DNA from: Acidobacteriota bacterium
GTDB lineage: Bacteria > Acidobacteriota > CAIWXX01
Assembly (NCBI GenBank): GCA_040755995.1
Contig: JBFMAF010000055.1
Span: 32,001 to 96,000 of the forward strand
Length of the DNA: 64,000 bases
Direction of reading: 5' to 3'
Below the pieces are notes generated by a model. The model did not search any database, was not told the origin of the DNA, and worked only from the letters and a program-made list of their open reading frames with translations. This document shows positions 9,968 to 19,203 of this stretch, piece after piece (within the stretch, counting starts at the first letter, position 1; each line of letters opens with the position of its first letter). Both the position numbers and the translations under genes were made by a program.

Positions 9968-11137
9968 ATGCTTGCAGCCAAGCTCTACCCCCGCCTGCTC
10001 AAGGCGCCCGACCAAAGCTTCTTCCTATTCGGCATGAGGGGGTCTGGTAAGAGCACCTGGGTTCGACAGGCATTCCCGGCAGCGCCATGCGTAGACCTGC
10101 TGGACGAGGGGATCTTCCAGAGCTACTTGCGTGACCCTCGCCTGTTCGGACGCGAGCTATTGAGGTTCGGCGGGCGCCAGCCGGTCGTGGTGGTGGACGA
10201 AGTCCAGCGCATGCCGGCATTGCTGAATGAGGTTCACCGGTTCATGGAGAGCCATGGCATGAGGTTCGTGTTGTTGGGGTCGAGCGCCCGCAAGCTGAAA
10301 CAGGCGGGCACGAATCTCCTGGCTGGGCGGGCGTTGCTGCGCGTGATGTTGCCGTTGTTGCCCCAAGAGCTCGGAACTGATTTCGACCTGGCGGAAGTGC
10401 TGCGTTTCGGGAGCCTGCCCGTGATCTGGCGGTCACCGGTCAAGGAAGAGAGCCTCGAGTCATACGTACAATTGTACCTGAAGCAGGAGATCCAGGCCGA
10501 GGCGCTTGTGCGTAACTTGCCGGGGTTTGCCCGCTTTCTGCCTCTGGCCGCGTTGTTCCACGGGCAGGTGTTGAGCATCTCAGGGCTGGCACGAGATGCT
10601 GGCGTGGCTCGGACGACCGTCTCCGGCTATCTTGACATACTCGCCGACACCCACCTGGTGTGGCACCTGCCGGCTTACGAGGGCAAGCTCCGGGTAAAAG
10701 AGAGGAGGCACCCCAAACTCTACTGGATGGACCCTGGTGTGATGCGGGCTGTGAAGCGGGAGTTCCACCCGCCGGGCGCGCTGGAACGCGGTGCGTTATT
10801 CGAAGGCTGGGTGGGCGCTCTCCTCAAAGCGTATGGCGAACCTGGCTGTGGCCTGGGCTTGCGGTATGACGGGCTCTTCTACTGGGCGCCCGTGGCCGGC
10901 GGGACCGAGGTGGATTTCCTGGTCAGACGCGACAATGAGTTTGCGGCAATCGAGGTCAAGGCCAAGGAGAGCCTGGTATCGAGCGATTTCAGCGGGGTGA
11001 AGGCCATTGCCGGCTTGAATGGGCTCCGGCGGCGTTTGCTGGTCTTCATGGGAGACCGCTCTTTCAACACGGAAGATGGTATTGAGGCGCTGACGGTAAG
11101 GGATTTCCTGCATGAGCTGCAGGAGAAGAGGATTTGA
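9968..11137 (+). CDS. AAA-family ATP-binding protein with DUF4143
   Basis: Walker A GMRGSGKST, VVDEVQR, LGSSA, LAGRA, PKLYWMDPG, EVDF..AIEVK. Confidence 0.85.
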   Translation: MLAAKLYPRLLKAPDQSFFLFGMRGSGKSTWVRQAFPAAPCVDLLDEGIFQSYLRDPRLFGRELLRFGGRQPVVVVDEVQRMPALLNEVHRFMESHGMRFVLLGSSARKLKQAGTNLLAGRALLRVMLPLLPQELGTDFDLAEVLRFGSLPVIWRSPVKEESLESYVQLYLKQEIQAEALVRNLPGFARFLPLAALFHGQVLSISGLARDAGVARTTVSGYLDILADTHLVWHLPAYEGKLRVKERRHPKLYWMDPGVMRAVKREFHPPGALERGALFEGWVGALLKAYGEPGCGLGLRYDGLFYWAPVAGGTEVDFLVRRDNEFAAIEVKAKESLVSSDFSGVKAIAGLNGLRRRLLVFMGDRSFNTEDGIEALTVRDFLHELQEKRI

Positions 11138-11149
11138 GTGTGCGGGGTG

Positions 11150-12163
11150 TCACGGGCGGACGCCCGCCTGTTCAAAGACCCGTAGCATCTCAGGATCGCC
11201 ATCCTGCGTGGCTGCCCTGAGCGGCGACCGACCGTACCGGTCTTGATGATGGGGGTCCGCCCCCCGGCGCAGCAACTCCGCCACGACCTCCGGATGGTTG
11301 TCGTAGACGGCGGCCATCAGCGGAGTGAACCCCTGATCGTCTTCGGCGTTCACGTCAGCACCGCGGTCCAAGAGGCTCCGCACGAGGCCCATGTGGCCTC
11401 CAAGGCATGCGCCCATGAGAGCGGTGCGACCGTCGCGGTCGCGCACGTCTACTCCGCCGCACCCTCTGCGAAGGATCACCTCGATTACATCGGCGTACCC
11501 TTTTCGCGCCGCAGTCGAAAGTGCGGTGGATCCGTCGCGGAAGGAATCGTCCAGGTACCGCGATCCGTGTTCGATCAGAAAGATCGCGAGTCGCGTGTCT
11601 CCCTGTTCGACGGCATATTCTATGGGCGATCCACGCGGATCGCTGCAATCGGCATTCACACCGGCCAGAACGAGCAACCTGACGAGAGCACTGATGCCGT
11701 GGCGGGATGCAGCTAGAAGGATGGGGTAGCGAGCCTCATACACGCAGCCGAGGAGTACCAGGACTCCGATGACCCAGATGACAGCCAGGATGGTGGTTCG
11801 GTCCAGGCGCCGGAAAATCGCCGGCGGCTGCGGCAGCCATCGCGAACCTGCCGGAGCTCGCTTTCTCTTCAACCAGACAAGCGAGCCCACGGGAACCACG
11901 ACCAGCAGGATCGTCAGCACGGCGCAGGCGAGCGGCGCGCGGCGGATCGCCTCGGCCGAGTGACTGAGCCCCGCAGCCACCAGTACAGCCATGCACGCGA
12001 CGTAGTCGAGAACGCACAGTCCCATGCCGATGCCCAGAATATGTCTCCATCGGATCTCCTCGTCCCGCCGGATCCTCCTGACCACCGAGACGGCAAGAAT
12101 CACGAGCCCGATGAACGCCGCAAGGACGAGGAGCGACAGAAGGGGGAAGATGCCAGTCACCAT
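11150..12163 (-). CDS. Membrane protein with C-terminal ankyrin repeats
   Basis: About four N-terminal hydrophobic helices; ankyrin motifs GSTAL, GRTALM, GFTPLM, GADVN. Confidence 0.85.
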   Translation of the reverse strand: MVTGIFPLLSLLVLAAFIGLVILAVSVVRRIRRDEEIRWRHILGIGMGLCVLDYVACMAVLVAAGLSHSAEAIRRAPLACAVLTILLVVVPVGSLVWLKRKRAPAGSRWLPQPPAIFRRLDRTTILAVIWVIGVLVLLGCVYEARYPILLAASRHGISALVRLLVLAGVNADCSDPRGSPIEYAVEQGDTRLAIFLIEHGSRYLDDSFRDGSTALSTAARKGYADVIEVILRRGCGGVDVRDRDGRTALMGACLGGHMGLVRSLLDRGADVNAEDDQGFTPLMAAVYDNHPEVVAELLRRGADPHHQDRYGRSPLRAATQDGDPEMLRVFEQAGVRP

Positions 12164-12357
12164 TTCACCTCACACGATCCTACAACATCTCCAGGCATTC
12201 GACCATCCAGGCGGCGGGCGGGCGGGTCTATGCCGGCCGGCTCCCTGGCGCCTTGCACTCGGTGGCGGCAACGCCCGCTTCGGGCGCTGCTGCCTGTTTC
12301 ATCCGCCGGGCCAGATCGCCGCGCCAGCCCCGGCGCCTGGCCACCGCACAACGGTCG

Positions 12358-12576
12358 TCAGGCCGCGGTCTCGTGGCTGCCAGAACTGGTCGGCGTGTTG
12401 TGCGAACGCGTCCTCTTCTTGACTTGCTCATAGCGGAACTTGAGGCCATGCTTCCGCTCCACATCCTGGACAATCCGGTGCACGTTCTGCGCATATAGGC
12501 GCAAGTCATCGCCACCCTGTTCGGCAAAGCTGCGTTGGACTCGGTATTTCATCTCCAACAGCTCATTCGTCAACAT
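12358..12576 (-). CDS. Small hypothetical protein, probable partner/antitoxin of the PIN remnant
   Basis: GGAGG RBS, ATG at 12576 overlaps the PIN stop; 72 aa. Confidence 0.55.
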   Translation of the reverse strand: MLTNELLEMKYRVQRSFAEQGGDDLRLYAQNVHRIVQDVERKHGLKFRYEQVKKRTRSHNTPTSSGSHETAA

Positions 12577-12780
12577 AATCAGCCTCCGTGAATAGCTCCA
12601 ATGGCGTGACAATCTCCGGTGTCGCCAGATTGAGCCGAGCGTTGACAATGCGGATATGTTGCCGCTTGTTCGCATTCGCCAGATGATTGCAATTCCAGGT
12701 CAACAGGAAGTCGCATTTGTAAAAGGCGGCGTACGCAGGTAGCTGGGAATGGTCGCGTCGAGGTAGACTGTCTTCTTCAT
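12563..12780 (-). pseudogene. PIN-domain toxin remnant with internal deletion and frameshift
   Basis: MKKTVYLDATIPSYL joined out of frame to CDFLLTWNCNHLAN...PEIVTPLEL. Confidence 0.75.
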
Positions 12781-12972
12781 GGAACTTGTCCCACCTCCGC
12801 GATTCGTGGTACTCCGACGGCCCAGCCAACGTGCACTCCCCAGGGAGATCCTCTTACCTTGGCTATCCTCACAGATCATACAGGGGCCGGGAAACAGCGT
12901 CAACGGGGCGCCATCGAGCCATCGAGCGAGGCCATGGAGGCATCGGGATGCCTACTTGGCTCTGATAGACTG

Positions 12973-13001
12973 TTGACAGATCGTGGCCTCGATACTATGT
13001 T
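12973..13001 (+). promoter_or_regulatory. Putative sigma70 promoter
   Basis: TTGACA-17 bp-TATGTT just upstream of ATG 13008. Confidence 0.4.
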
Positions 13002-13007
13002 CTCGCG

Positions 13008-14648
13008 ATGCCAGGAGAACAGGCGGTAGTAAACTCTGAGCCCGCCGCGGTCGAGAGGGTGGCCCCGCGGGCGACTCGCGTTCTTGTGCGCCGCTTCCTG
13101 TTCGCACTGGCTCCGTTGCTCGTCTTCCTGGTGTTCTTCACGCAAGACAGGCGGGTGCGCCTCTGGGATCCCGATGAGAGCTACTATGCGCGCGCCGCGC
13201 GAGAGATGGCGGAGCGGCATGAGTACATGGCCGTTGTGTTCAACGGCGAGCGCTTCTATCACAAGCCGGCATTCTTCTATTGGCTGGTGCTGCTGTGCCA
13301 GTGGATCGGCGGTGTCACCGAACACGCGATTCGCTTCACCTCCGCCCTCGCGGCGACCGGCTGCGTAATAATCGTCTTCCTCTGGGCTCGGCGGGGGCGA
13401 GGCGATGCAGCGGGCCTGGCTGCGGCTCTGATAGCATCGACGTGCGTCGAGCTCTTCGTCTTCTCGCGCATCGCCACGCCGGACATGACCCTCACGTTCT
13501 TCATTCTTGCCTGCCTCTACGGTTTCCTTCTGCACATGGAGTATCCGGGGCGACCGCGGGCCTTGCTTCTGGCTTGGGCCGCTGCGGGGCTGGGCTTTTC
13601 CACAAAAGGCCCTGTTGGAGTCGCGCTGCCCGTCCTGTGCGCAGCATCATACTTGCTGGTCACGAGGCGGCTGCGTCAGATCAGATCCCTGTTCCGCCCT
13701 CTCCCTCTGCTGATGTTCCTACTCTGCGCGGTCCCTTGGTACGCATACATGGCTGTACGGCATCCGGACTACGTGCGGGCTTTCTTCCTGGAGCACAACA
13801 TCCAGCGATTCCTGAGCCCCATCCATCATCATGACTACCCGTTCTGGTTCTTCCTACCCGTCTTCATTGGCGGTCTCTTTCCGTGGCTCTTTCACCTCCT
13901 GTCGGAAGTGCGGGCCGGTCTGCGCGAGAGGGAACGCCTGTTCGCGCTGACATCGGCGGTGGTGATCATCCTCGTCTTCACGCCGTCGGAATCGAAGCTG
14001 CCAGGCTACATCCTCGCCTCGTTCCCCCTCGCTGCGGTCGTAGCCGCACCGGCGGTTCTCTCCGGGGGCCTCCGCGGCCTGATCATGAACGTCCTGCCTG
14101 CTCTGCAGATTGTCTTGATCGTCGCGGCTACTCAGACCGCGGCCTTCGCGCGGCAGCTGCCGCTATTCACCGATCCGGCATATCCTGGCCCGCTCATCAT
14201 TCTCACAGTGCTTCTCGCGGCGGCCGTGTCTTGCATGCTGCTGCCGAAGAGAGCCTGGGCACAGGTTGCGGCCGGCGCGGTCGCAGTGGTGTTGTACATC
14301 TCGACGTTGAACGGCCTCGAGCCCTACAAACCGGCCGAAATGATTCTCCGGGACGTCGCCGAGCGCGGCAGTCCTCCCTTCGCAACGCTTCAGTTGCAGA
14401 GACGCCAGGAGCCGTTCTTGCCGAGCCTCGTCTATTACAACGGCGCGAACATAACCGAGTTGCATGATCGCACGGAATTGACTTCGTTCCTCAAGCGAAG
14501 CGAGCGGGTCCTCATTGTCCTCAACGACGAGGATTTCCGGCAAATACCTTGGGTGGAGAGATGGGTTCCTGTCCACAGAATCGCCGACTACACCGACATC
14601 AACTTTCGAGCCGCCATGATCTCGAACCGGCCTGACGGATCGAGGTGA
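13008..14648 (+). CDS. ArnT-like GT-C glycosyltransferase (PMT_2 family)
   Basis: WDPDESYYARAAREM, YHKPAFFYW, TKGPVG, PWY, SKLPGYIL; many TM helices. Confidence 0.88.
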   Translation: MPGEQAVVNSEPAAVERVAPRATRVLVRRFLFALAPLLVFLVFFTQDRRVRLWDPDESYYARAAREMAERHEYMAVVFNGERFYHKPAFFYWLVLLCQWIGGVTEHAIRFTSALAATGCVIIVFLWARRGRGDAAGLAAALIASTCVELFVFSRIATPDMTLTFFILACLYGFLLHMEYPGRPRALLLAWAAAGLGFSTKGPVGVALPVLCAASYLLVTRRLRQIRSLFRPLPLLMFLLCAVPWYAYMAVRHPDYVRAFFLEHNIQRFLSPIHHHDYPFWFFLPVFIGGLFPWLFHLLSEVRAGLRERERLFALTSAVVIILVFTPSESKLPGYILASFPLAAVVAAPAVLSGGLRGLIMNVLPALQIVLIVAATQTAAFARQLPLFTDPAYPGPLIILTVLLAAAVSCMLLPKRAWAQVAAGAVAVVLYISTLNGLEPYKPAEMILRDVAERGSPPFATLQLQRRQEPFLPSLVYYNGANITELHDRTELTSFLKRSERVLIVLNDEDFRQIPWVERWVPVHRIADYTDINFRAAMISNRPDGSR

Positions 14649-14696
14649 TTCGGCGGGGGGGCACGGAAGAGTGCGGCGGATGGTCTGAGCGGGCCG

Positions 14697-15992
14697 CTAC
14701 ACGCGACCGGCTACGGTCACATCCAGGCCGACGTCGGCGACTCCGGAACGCTCCTGTTCGAACCAGCAGATCCCTTCGTTCACCATGTCGACTCGGACGA
14801 AATAGCGTCCGGGAGATACAGGAGCCTTGAGATGTAGCGTCACGCGTGCCGATCGACTTGCTGGGAGGTCCTCGGGGAGGTCGGCGCGGCCGTAATCCAG
14901 CTCGAGCAGTTTCTTCTCGTTGCTCAGCAGGTGTGCCCCCACACGAACACGGCCGCGCCCTCGCCATCCTTCCCTCAACCACGCCGTGTCCGTTGGATTT
15001 GTGACGTGCACTACCAGATCGAACTCGCAGGCCGCTCGGCTGGCCACCGAAACGGGCGCAGGCCGGACGAGTGCCCGGTGGGACCGTGGATGGATAGAGG
15101 TCACCCGATACGGTCCCTTGCGTATGATCCCGATGGGCGCTGTGAGAAGACCCAGCCTGGTGAAGTTGGCCGGGACCAGCCAGGAGAGCCCACGCAGGAA
15201 CCAGCGGACCCGCGGCATGGAGAGGGTGAGCGTGTGAGGGTGGATGCCGGTGACGAAAAACTCAACGTCCTCAAAACCGGCGGCGCGTGCGGTCAGGAAC
15301 AATCGTTCCAGGTCCACGTCTTGTTCGAGAATCCCGTGGCCCGTCTCGGCCGCCGAGATCTCCGCGCCGGCGTGGCCGATCCCCGGCTCGGCGAAACCGA
15401 GTCTTCCGTGCGGCGAGAGCACGCGGTGGAGCTCGCACAGGACCGAGCGGGGATTGGGAACATGGTGGAGGGCGTCGAAAACGACGGCGAAGTCGAAGTA
15501 CTGATCGGGCGCCGGGATGCGATCGCCTGCGAAGTGCTCGAACCGGGGGTAGGCGCCCTCCGGGGACTTCCCCCATGCCGCCGCACTCTCTCTCGCCAGT
15601 TCCAGAGCGTGCGTCGAGATGTCCATGCCGACAACGGCGGCCCCAGTGCGCGCCAGCATGTGCGATGTCCAACCGGTGCCGCAACCGAAGTCGAGGATCC
15701 GGTCAGCCGGGCCTGGGTCGAGGCCGCTCAGCAGGAGACCGAACCTCCAGAGATGCCATCCGGCCTGCCCGCGATCAGAGAAAGGCTTGCTCAGCCAGTA
15801 GTCCCTCAGCTCGGTGCGCTCGAAATACCTCTGCGAGGCCGCGTTGATCCGCGTGACCTCTGCCGCAGCGAGGTCGGACAACGGCGATCGTGGAGCCGCC
15901 CCGAAGAGACGAAAATGAGCCGGCCGGATGCGTCGCCATTCTCTCCTCGCGCTGCGAAAGTGAGGGAAGAGTCGTTGCAACAGTCTCGGCAC
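14697..15992 (-). CDS. Class I SAM-dependent methyltransferase with C-terminal Ig-like domain
   Basis: ILDFGCGTG, FDALHH, RVLSPHG; C-terminal VTNPTDTAW...APVSPGRYFVRVDMVNEGICWF. Confidence 0.85.
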   Translation of the reverse strand: MPRLLQRLFPHFRSARREWRRIRPAHFRLFGAAPRSPLSDLAAAEVTRINAASQRYFERTELRDYWLSKPFSDRGQAGWHLWRFGLLLSGLDPGPADRILDFGCGTGWTSHMLARTGAAVVGMDISTHALELARESAAAWGKSPEGAYPRFEHFAGDRIPAPDQYFDFAVVFDALHHVPNPRSVLCELHRVLSPHGRLGFAEPGIGHAGAEISAAETGHGILEQDVDLERLFLTARAAGFEDVEFFVTGIHPHTLTLSMPRVRWFLRGLSWLVPANFTRLGLLTAPIGIIRKGPYRVTSIHPRSHRALVRPAPVSVASRAACEFDLVVHVTNPTDTAWLREGWRGRGRVRVGAHLLSNEKKLLELDYGRADLPEDLPASRSARVTLHLKAPVSPGRYFVRVDMVNEGICWFEQERSGVADVGLDVTVAGRV

Positions 15993-16254
15993 CGCCTCAC
16001 TCTACACCGCGCATGTCGAGCGTTCAAACCGGCTCACCGGCTCAATGACATGCGGACAACATATCCCTATCCGACGAGGCGACACGGGCACTCCTTGATT
16101 GCGGGACAGTAGACACCCACAGTGAGCCTCGATTGGGGAATCCGAAACCCGGCGGCATCGAGAGCCCTCACGCCGCGGTGGATCGCAAGGCGGCAGAGGT
16201 GTGGAGGAGCGCCTGCATCCGCTCCCGTGCGCCGGTCGACGCTCGCCCCGCCCC

Positions 16255-18459
16255 TTATCCGCAACCGGATCGGACAAGGAACCCGTGAAGGGCGATAGCG
16301 AGACTCGGATTTTCAAGCTCGAGCAGGACGCGGGCATCGGGGGAGAGGAGCGCCGTCCTGCAGTTCGAGTCGGCCCGGACGGTGGTCGTTGCAGTATAGC
16401 TTGCGAACGCAGCGGTGGCGGCTATGACGCTTCCTGGCGACAAAGAGCGCACCCGGCTGCCGGTGTCCGGGTCGATCTCGCTGGCCGTTCCCCAGGTAAG
16501 GAGGCGAAGCCCTGCGGGCGTTTCGCCTTTGGCCAGGATTGAGCTCCCTGCAGGGTGCTCCTGCTTTTCCAGCCAGGGGGCAAGGCCATCCAGCAACTGC
16601 TCAAAACGCTCCTGTTGCTCAAGATGAGCCATGACGTCATCCACCGATTGGTGAAAGAGCGCTTCGCGCATCGAGGCGCGATGCTCGCGGTTCGAGAGAG
16701 TTCGCTGGATGAGCTGATCTTCGCACCATTCAAGACCGCGATCGAGGTCCGTGAAGAAGACGAGTGTGTTCATAACCCCGTCGGACAGGCCTCGCTTCAG
16801 CGCCTCCACGAAGTGGTCCGGCAGGGCCGTGACGACAATGGTCGTTCGCGCCGCCGAGGCGTTAAGGGCCAGTCGATGGAAGTGCTTGACGGCTGAGACA
16901 TCGAGGCCCGAGACCCGCGCGAAATCAAGAAGGATGAAATCGGGGTGCGGTTCCGACCTAAGGGCGCCCTTGAGTGATTCCACGAGTGTGGTGGCCGATC
17001 CGAAAAAGATGTAGCCGGACAAGGCATAGCCCCTGACGCGCTCTCCCGTGGCGCTCAACACCTTGCGATGAGGCACGGACCGCGCTCTGCTGCTGCGGCG
17101 ATCCAGGGCGGAAAATTCGATTTCGACCACGGGCACGCGGCTGAAGCGCACCACAAAGAAGATCACGGTGGCGACCAAGCCGACGGCCACTCCCTCCAAA
17201 TATCCACGGGCTGCAATGACAAGGAAGATCACGACCACTACAAGATAGTCGGGCCACGGCAGCCCCTTCCGGCTCGTCAAGAGCCATTCGTGAATCAAGG
17301 AAGAGCCTACCAGCACGAGCATCCCGCCGAGTAACGCGGTGGGAAAATACCCCAAGGCCCTTCCACCGAAGACCAGCACTCCTGCCGCGATCAAGGCGAC
17401 AACGAGCCCTGTGTACCGGGAACGAGCCCCGGTCTTCACGCCGAGGAACGTCAGTGAGATCACCGGGTATCCCGGGAAGCATCCACCAACCCCTGCGAGG
17501 CAGTTGCCCACGCCGCCGCTCACAAACTCGCGGTTCATGTCCAACTCTTCTCCCGCGGCAAGCTCGACACCACTCATGTTGAGCAGCATTCCAACGACGG
17601 TAACCAGGGCCACCGAGAACATGCCCGGCAGCTGTTGCCAGACCACTGACCAGTCGATCAGGGCGATCTCTCCTATCGCAAAGGGCGGAAAGAGCCTTCC
17701 GATCGGAACGCCAGAAACCAAGAACCCTGCCGCTCGGGCGCCATCAAGTGACATCCCGGTCATCGGAAGGAGTACATAGAAAAGCGCCGCGACTGCCGCC
17801 AGTGATCCGGGCAGGATGAGGAAATGGGAATGCCGCCGCGTGATCGCGAACAGAGCCACGCCAAACGCCACACCCGGTAACCATCGAATAACCGTCTCCG
17901 GTGTGACCAGGCGCCCGAACGTCTCCGGAGAAACCGGCACGCCGCACATGACGGAGACACCGCCAGCCACCAACACCCAGCCAGTCCCGGCGAGGAAGCC
18001 ACCCAAGACCGGGTAGGGCATAAAACGGAGTAGGTTCGCAAGATGGAACTTGCCGATGATGATGAAGACCGCACCGGTAAGAACCGCTGAGAGAGTCAGC
18101 ACTGCGGCCACGGTCATAAACTTGGCTTCCATGGGGGCTTGCTCCCCGAGGGTGGCGGCGATCGTGACGGCAACAGTTGAAAGAACGGCGGCTGGAGCGT
18201 CTTGCGCTCCAGAGACTGTCCCCTGAAATGAGCTGGTCAGGGCAGCGCAGATGCAGATAAGGCATCCTCCGCAGAGCGCGAGGCCAGCAGCCCGGGCCGA
18301 GAGCGCGGAAAGACTGCCGGAGTAGATCATTGCGGCGAGCGAAACCTGCAAGATGATGAATGGGGCGGCCGCGACAATACCCGTGCCCACGGCGGGAAGA
18401 ATCCTTTTCGATGTTGCGTCTTCCAGTAGTTCGGAGATCAACGATCTGTTCATGGTCAC
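16255..18459 (-). CDS. SulP-family anion transporter with STAS and cNMP-binding domains
   Basis: RFMPYPVLGGFLAGTG, GYIFFGSA, LDFARVSGLDVSA, DLDRGLEWCED, C-terminal cNMP-like domain. Confidence 0.9.
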   Translation of the reverse strand: MTMNRSLISELLEDATSKRILPAVGTGIVAAAPFIILQVSLAAMIYSGSLSALSARAAGLALCGGCLICICAALTSSFQGTVSGAQDAPAAVLSTVAVTIAATLGEQAPMEAKFMTVAAVLTLSAVLTGAVFIIIGKFHLANLLRFMPYPVLGGFLAGTGWVLVAGGVSVMCGVPVSPETFGRLVTPETVIRWLPGVAFGVALFAITRRHSHFLILPGSLAAVAALFYVLLPMTGMSLDGARAAGFLVSGVPIGRLFPPFAIGEIALIDWSVVWQQLPGMFSVALVTVVGMLLNMSGVELAAGEELDMNREFVSGGVGNCLAGVGGCFPGYPVISLTFLGVKTGARSRYTGLVVALIAAGVLVFGGRALGYFPTALLGGMLVLVGSSLIHEWLLTSRKGLPWPDYLVVVVIFLVIAARGYLEGVAVGLVATVIFFVVRFSRVPVVEIEFSALDRRSSRARSVPHRKVLSATGERVRGYALSGYIFFGSATTLVESLKGALRSEPHPDFILLDFARVSGLDVSAVKHFHRLALNASAARTTIVVTALPDHFVEALKRGLSDGVMNTLVFFTDLDRGLEWCEDQLIQRTLSNREHRASMREALFHQSVDDVMAHLEQQERFEQLLDGLAPWLEKQEHPAGSSILAKGETPAGLRLLTWGTASEIDPDTGSRVRSLSPGSVIAATAAFASYTATTTVRADSNCRTALLSPDARVLLELENPSLAIALHGFLVRSGCG

Positions 18460-18602
18460 CTTCTCGACTCCCCGTCCGGAATCTTGTACTATGGTTGGGG
18501 TCGATCCGCGCGGCGCTCACTAAACAGGCTTGCCTGGTATTTGTCAAGCCGTTTGGGCACAGGGCGCACGCCGGGGAGCTCGGGGAGACAGGGAGGCCAT
18601 TC

Positions 18603-18944
18603 GTGGAGATACGAGTCAAGCAAGAGGATGGGGTCGCGCTAGTCATGCTCGGAGGCCGCTTAGACGCTGCCTCCTCACCAGAACTCGAAGAGCGTCTCTC
18701 GGAAGTGCTTCACAGCGGCGCTTGCGCCCTGGTTTTGAACGTTTCCGGCCTGACCCATATCAGCAGCGCAGGTTTGAGGTGCATTCTCTTTGCGGGAAAG
18801 ACGATCAAGGCCCGGAATGGCCGGATCGCCCTGACCGGCGCACAGGGAATGGTGATGGACGTGTTGAAGACATCCGGCTTCGCCGATATTCTCCCGACCT
18901 ACCCATCCGATGAGGATGCGCTGGGAGACCACAGCGAGTGGTAA
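18603..18944 (+). CDS. STAS-domain anti-sigma factor antagonist
   Basis: GRLDAASSP and HISSAGLR (conserved phospho-Ser); GGGAGG RBS. Confidence 0.9.
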   Translation: MEIRVKQEDGVALVMLGGRLDAASSPELEERLSEVLHSGACALVLNVSGLTHISSAGLRCILFAGKTIKARNGRIALTGAQGMVMDVLKTSGFADILPTYPSDEDALGDHSEW

Positions 18945-19032
18945 TCGGGTTGATTTCGGACTCCGCGGATACGTCCACGCAGTCCAAGGATCGCCACCCA
19001 CGTTGCCGGCGGAAGAATATGTGTAGGGCACC

Positions 19033-19203
19033 TCGCGGGTGGTCTCCTGCTCGGTTTTCATGATCTGGGCCTGGTCCTGGATCGTGAAATCGTCCTCCTT
19101 GCCGGCCCTGAGCCTGTGGCTCCTGCGCAACAATGGGGCCAGTGCATCGGGGAGCTCCCACATGGACTCGGGCCCGTCCGCCTGCACTAGGATGCTCTGC
19201 AGG
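19033..19203 (-). pseudogene. Fragment of MacB/FtsX-type ABC permease periplasmic domain
   Basis: SILVQADGPESM...LLRRSHRLRAGKEDDFTIQDQAQIMKTEQETT, with no flanking permease sequence. Confidence 0.5.

Noticed and set aside
16030..16250. Possible ncRNA between the methyltransferase and SulP
   Set aside because: No recognisable motif or convincing stem pattern by eye
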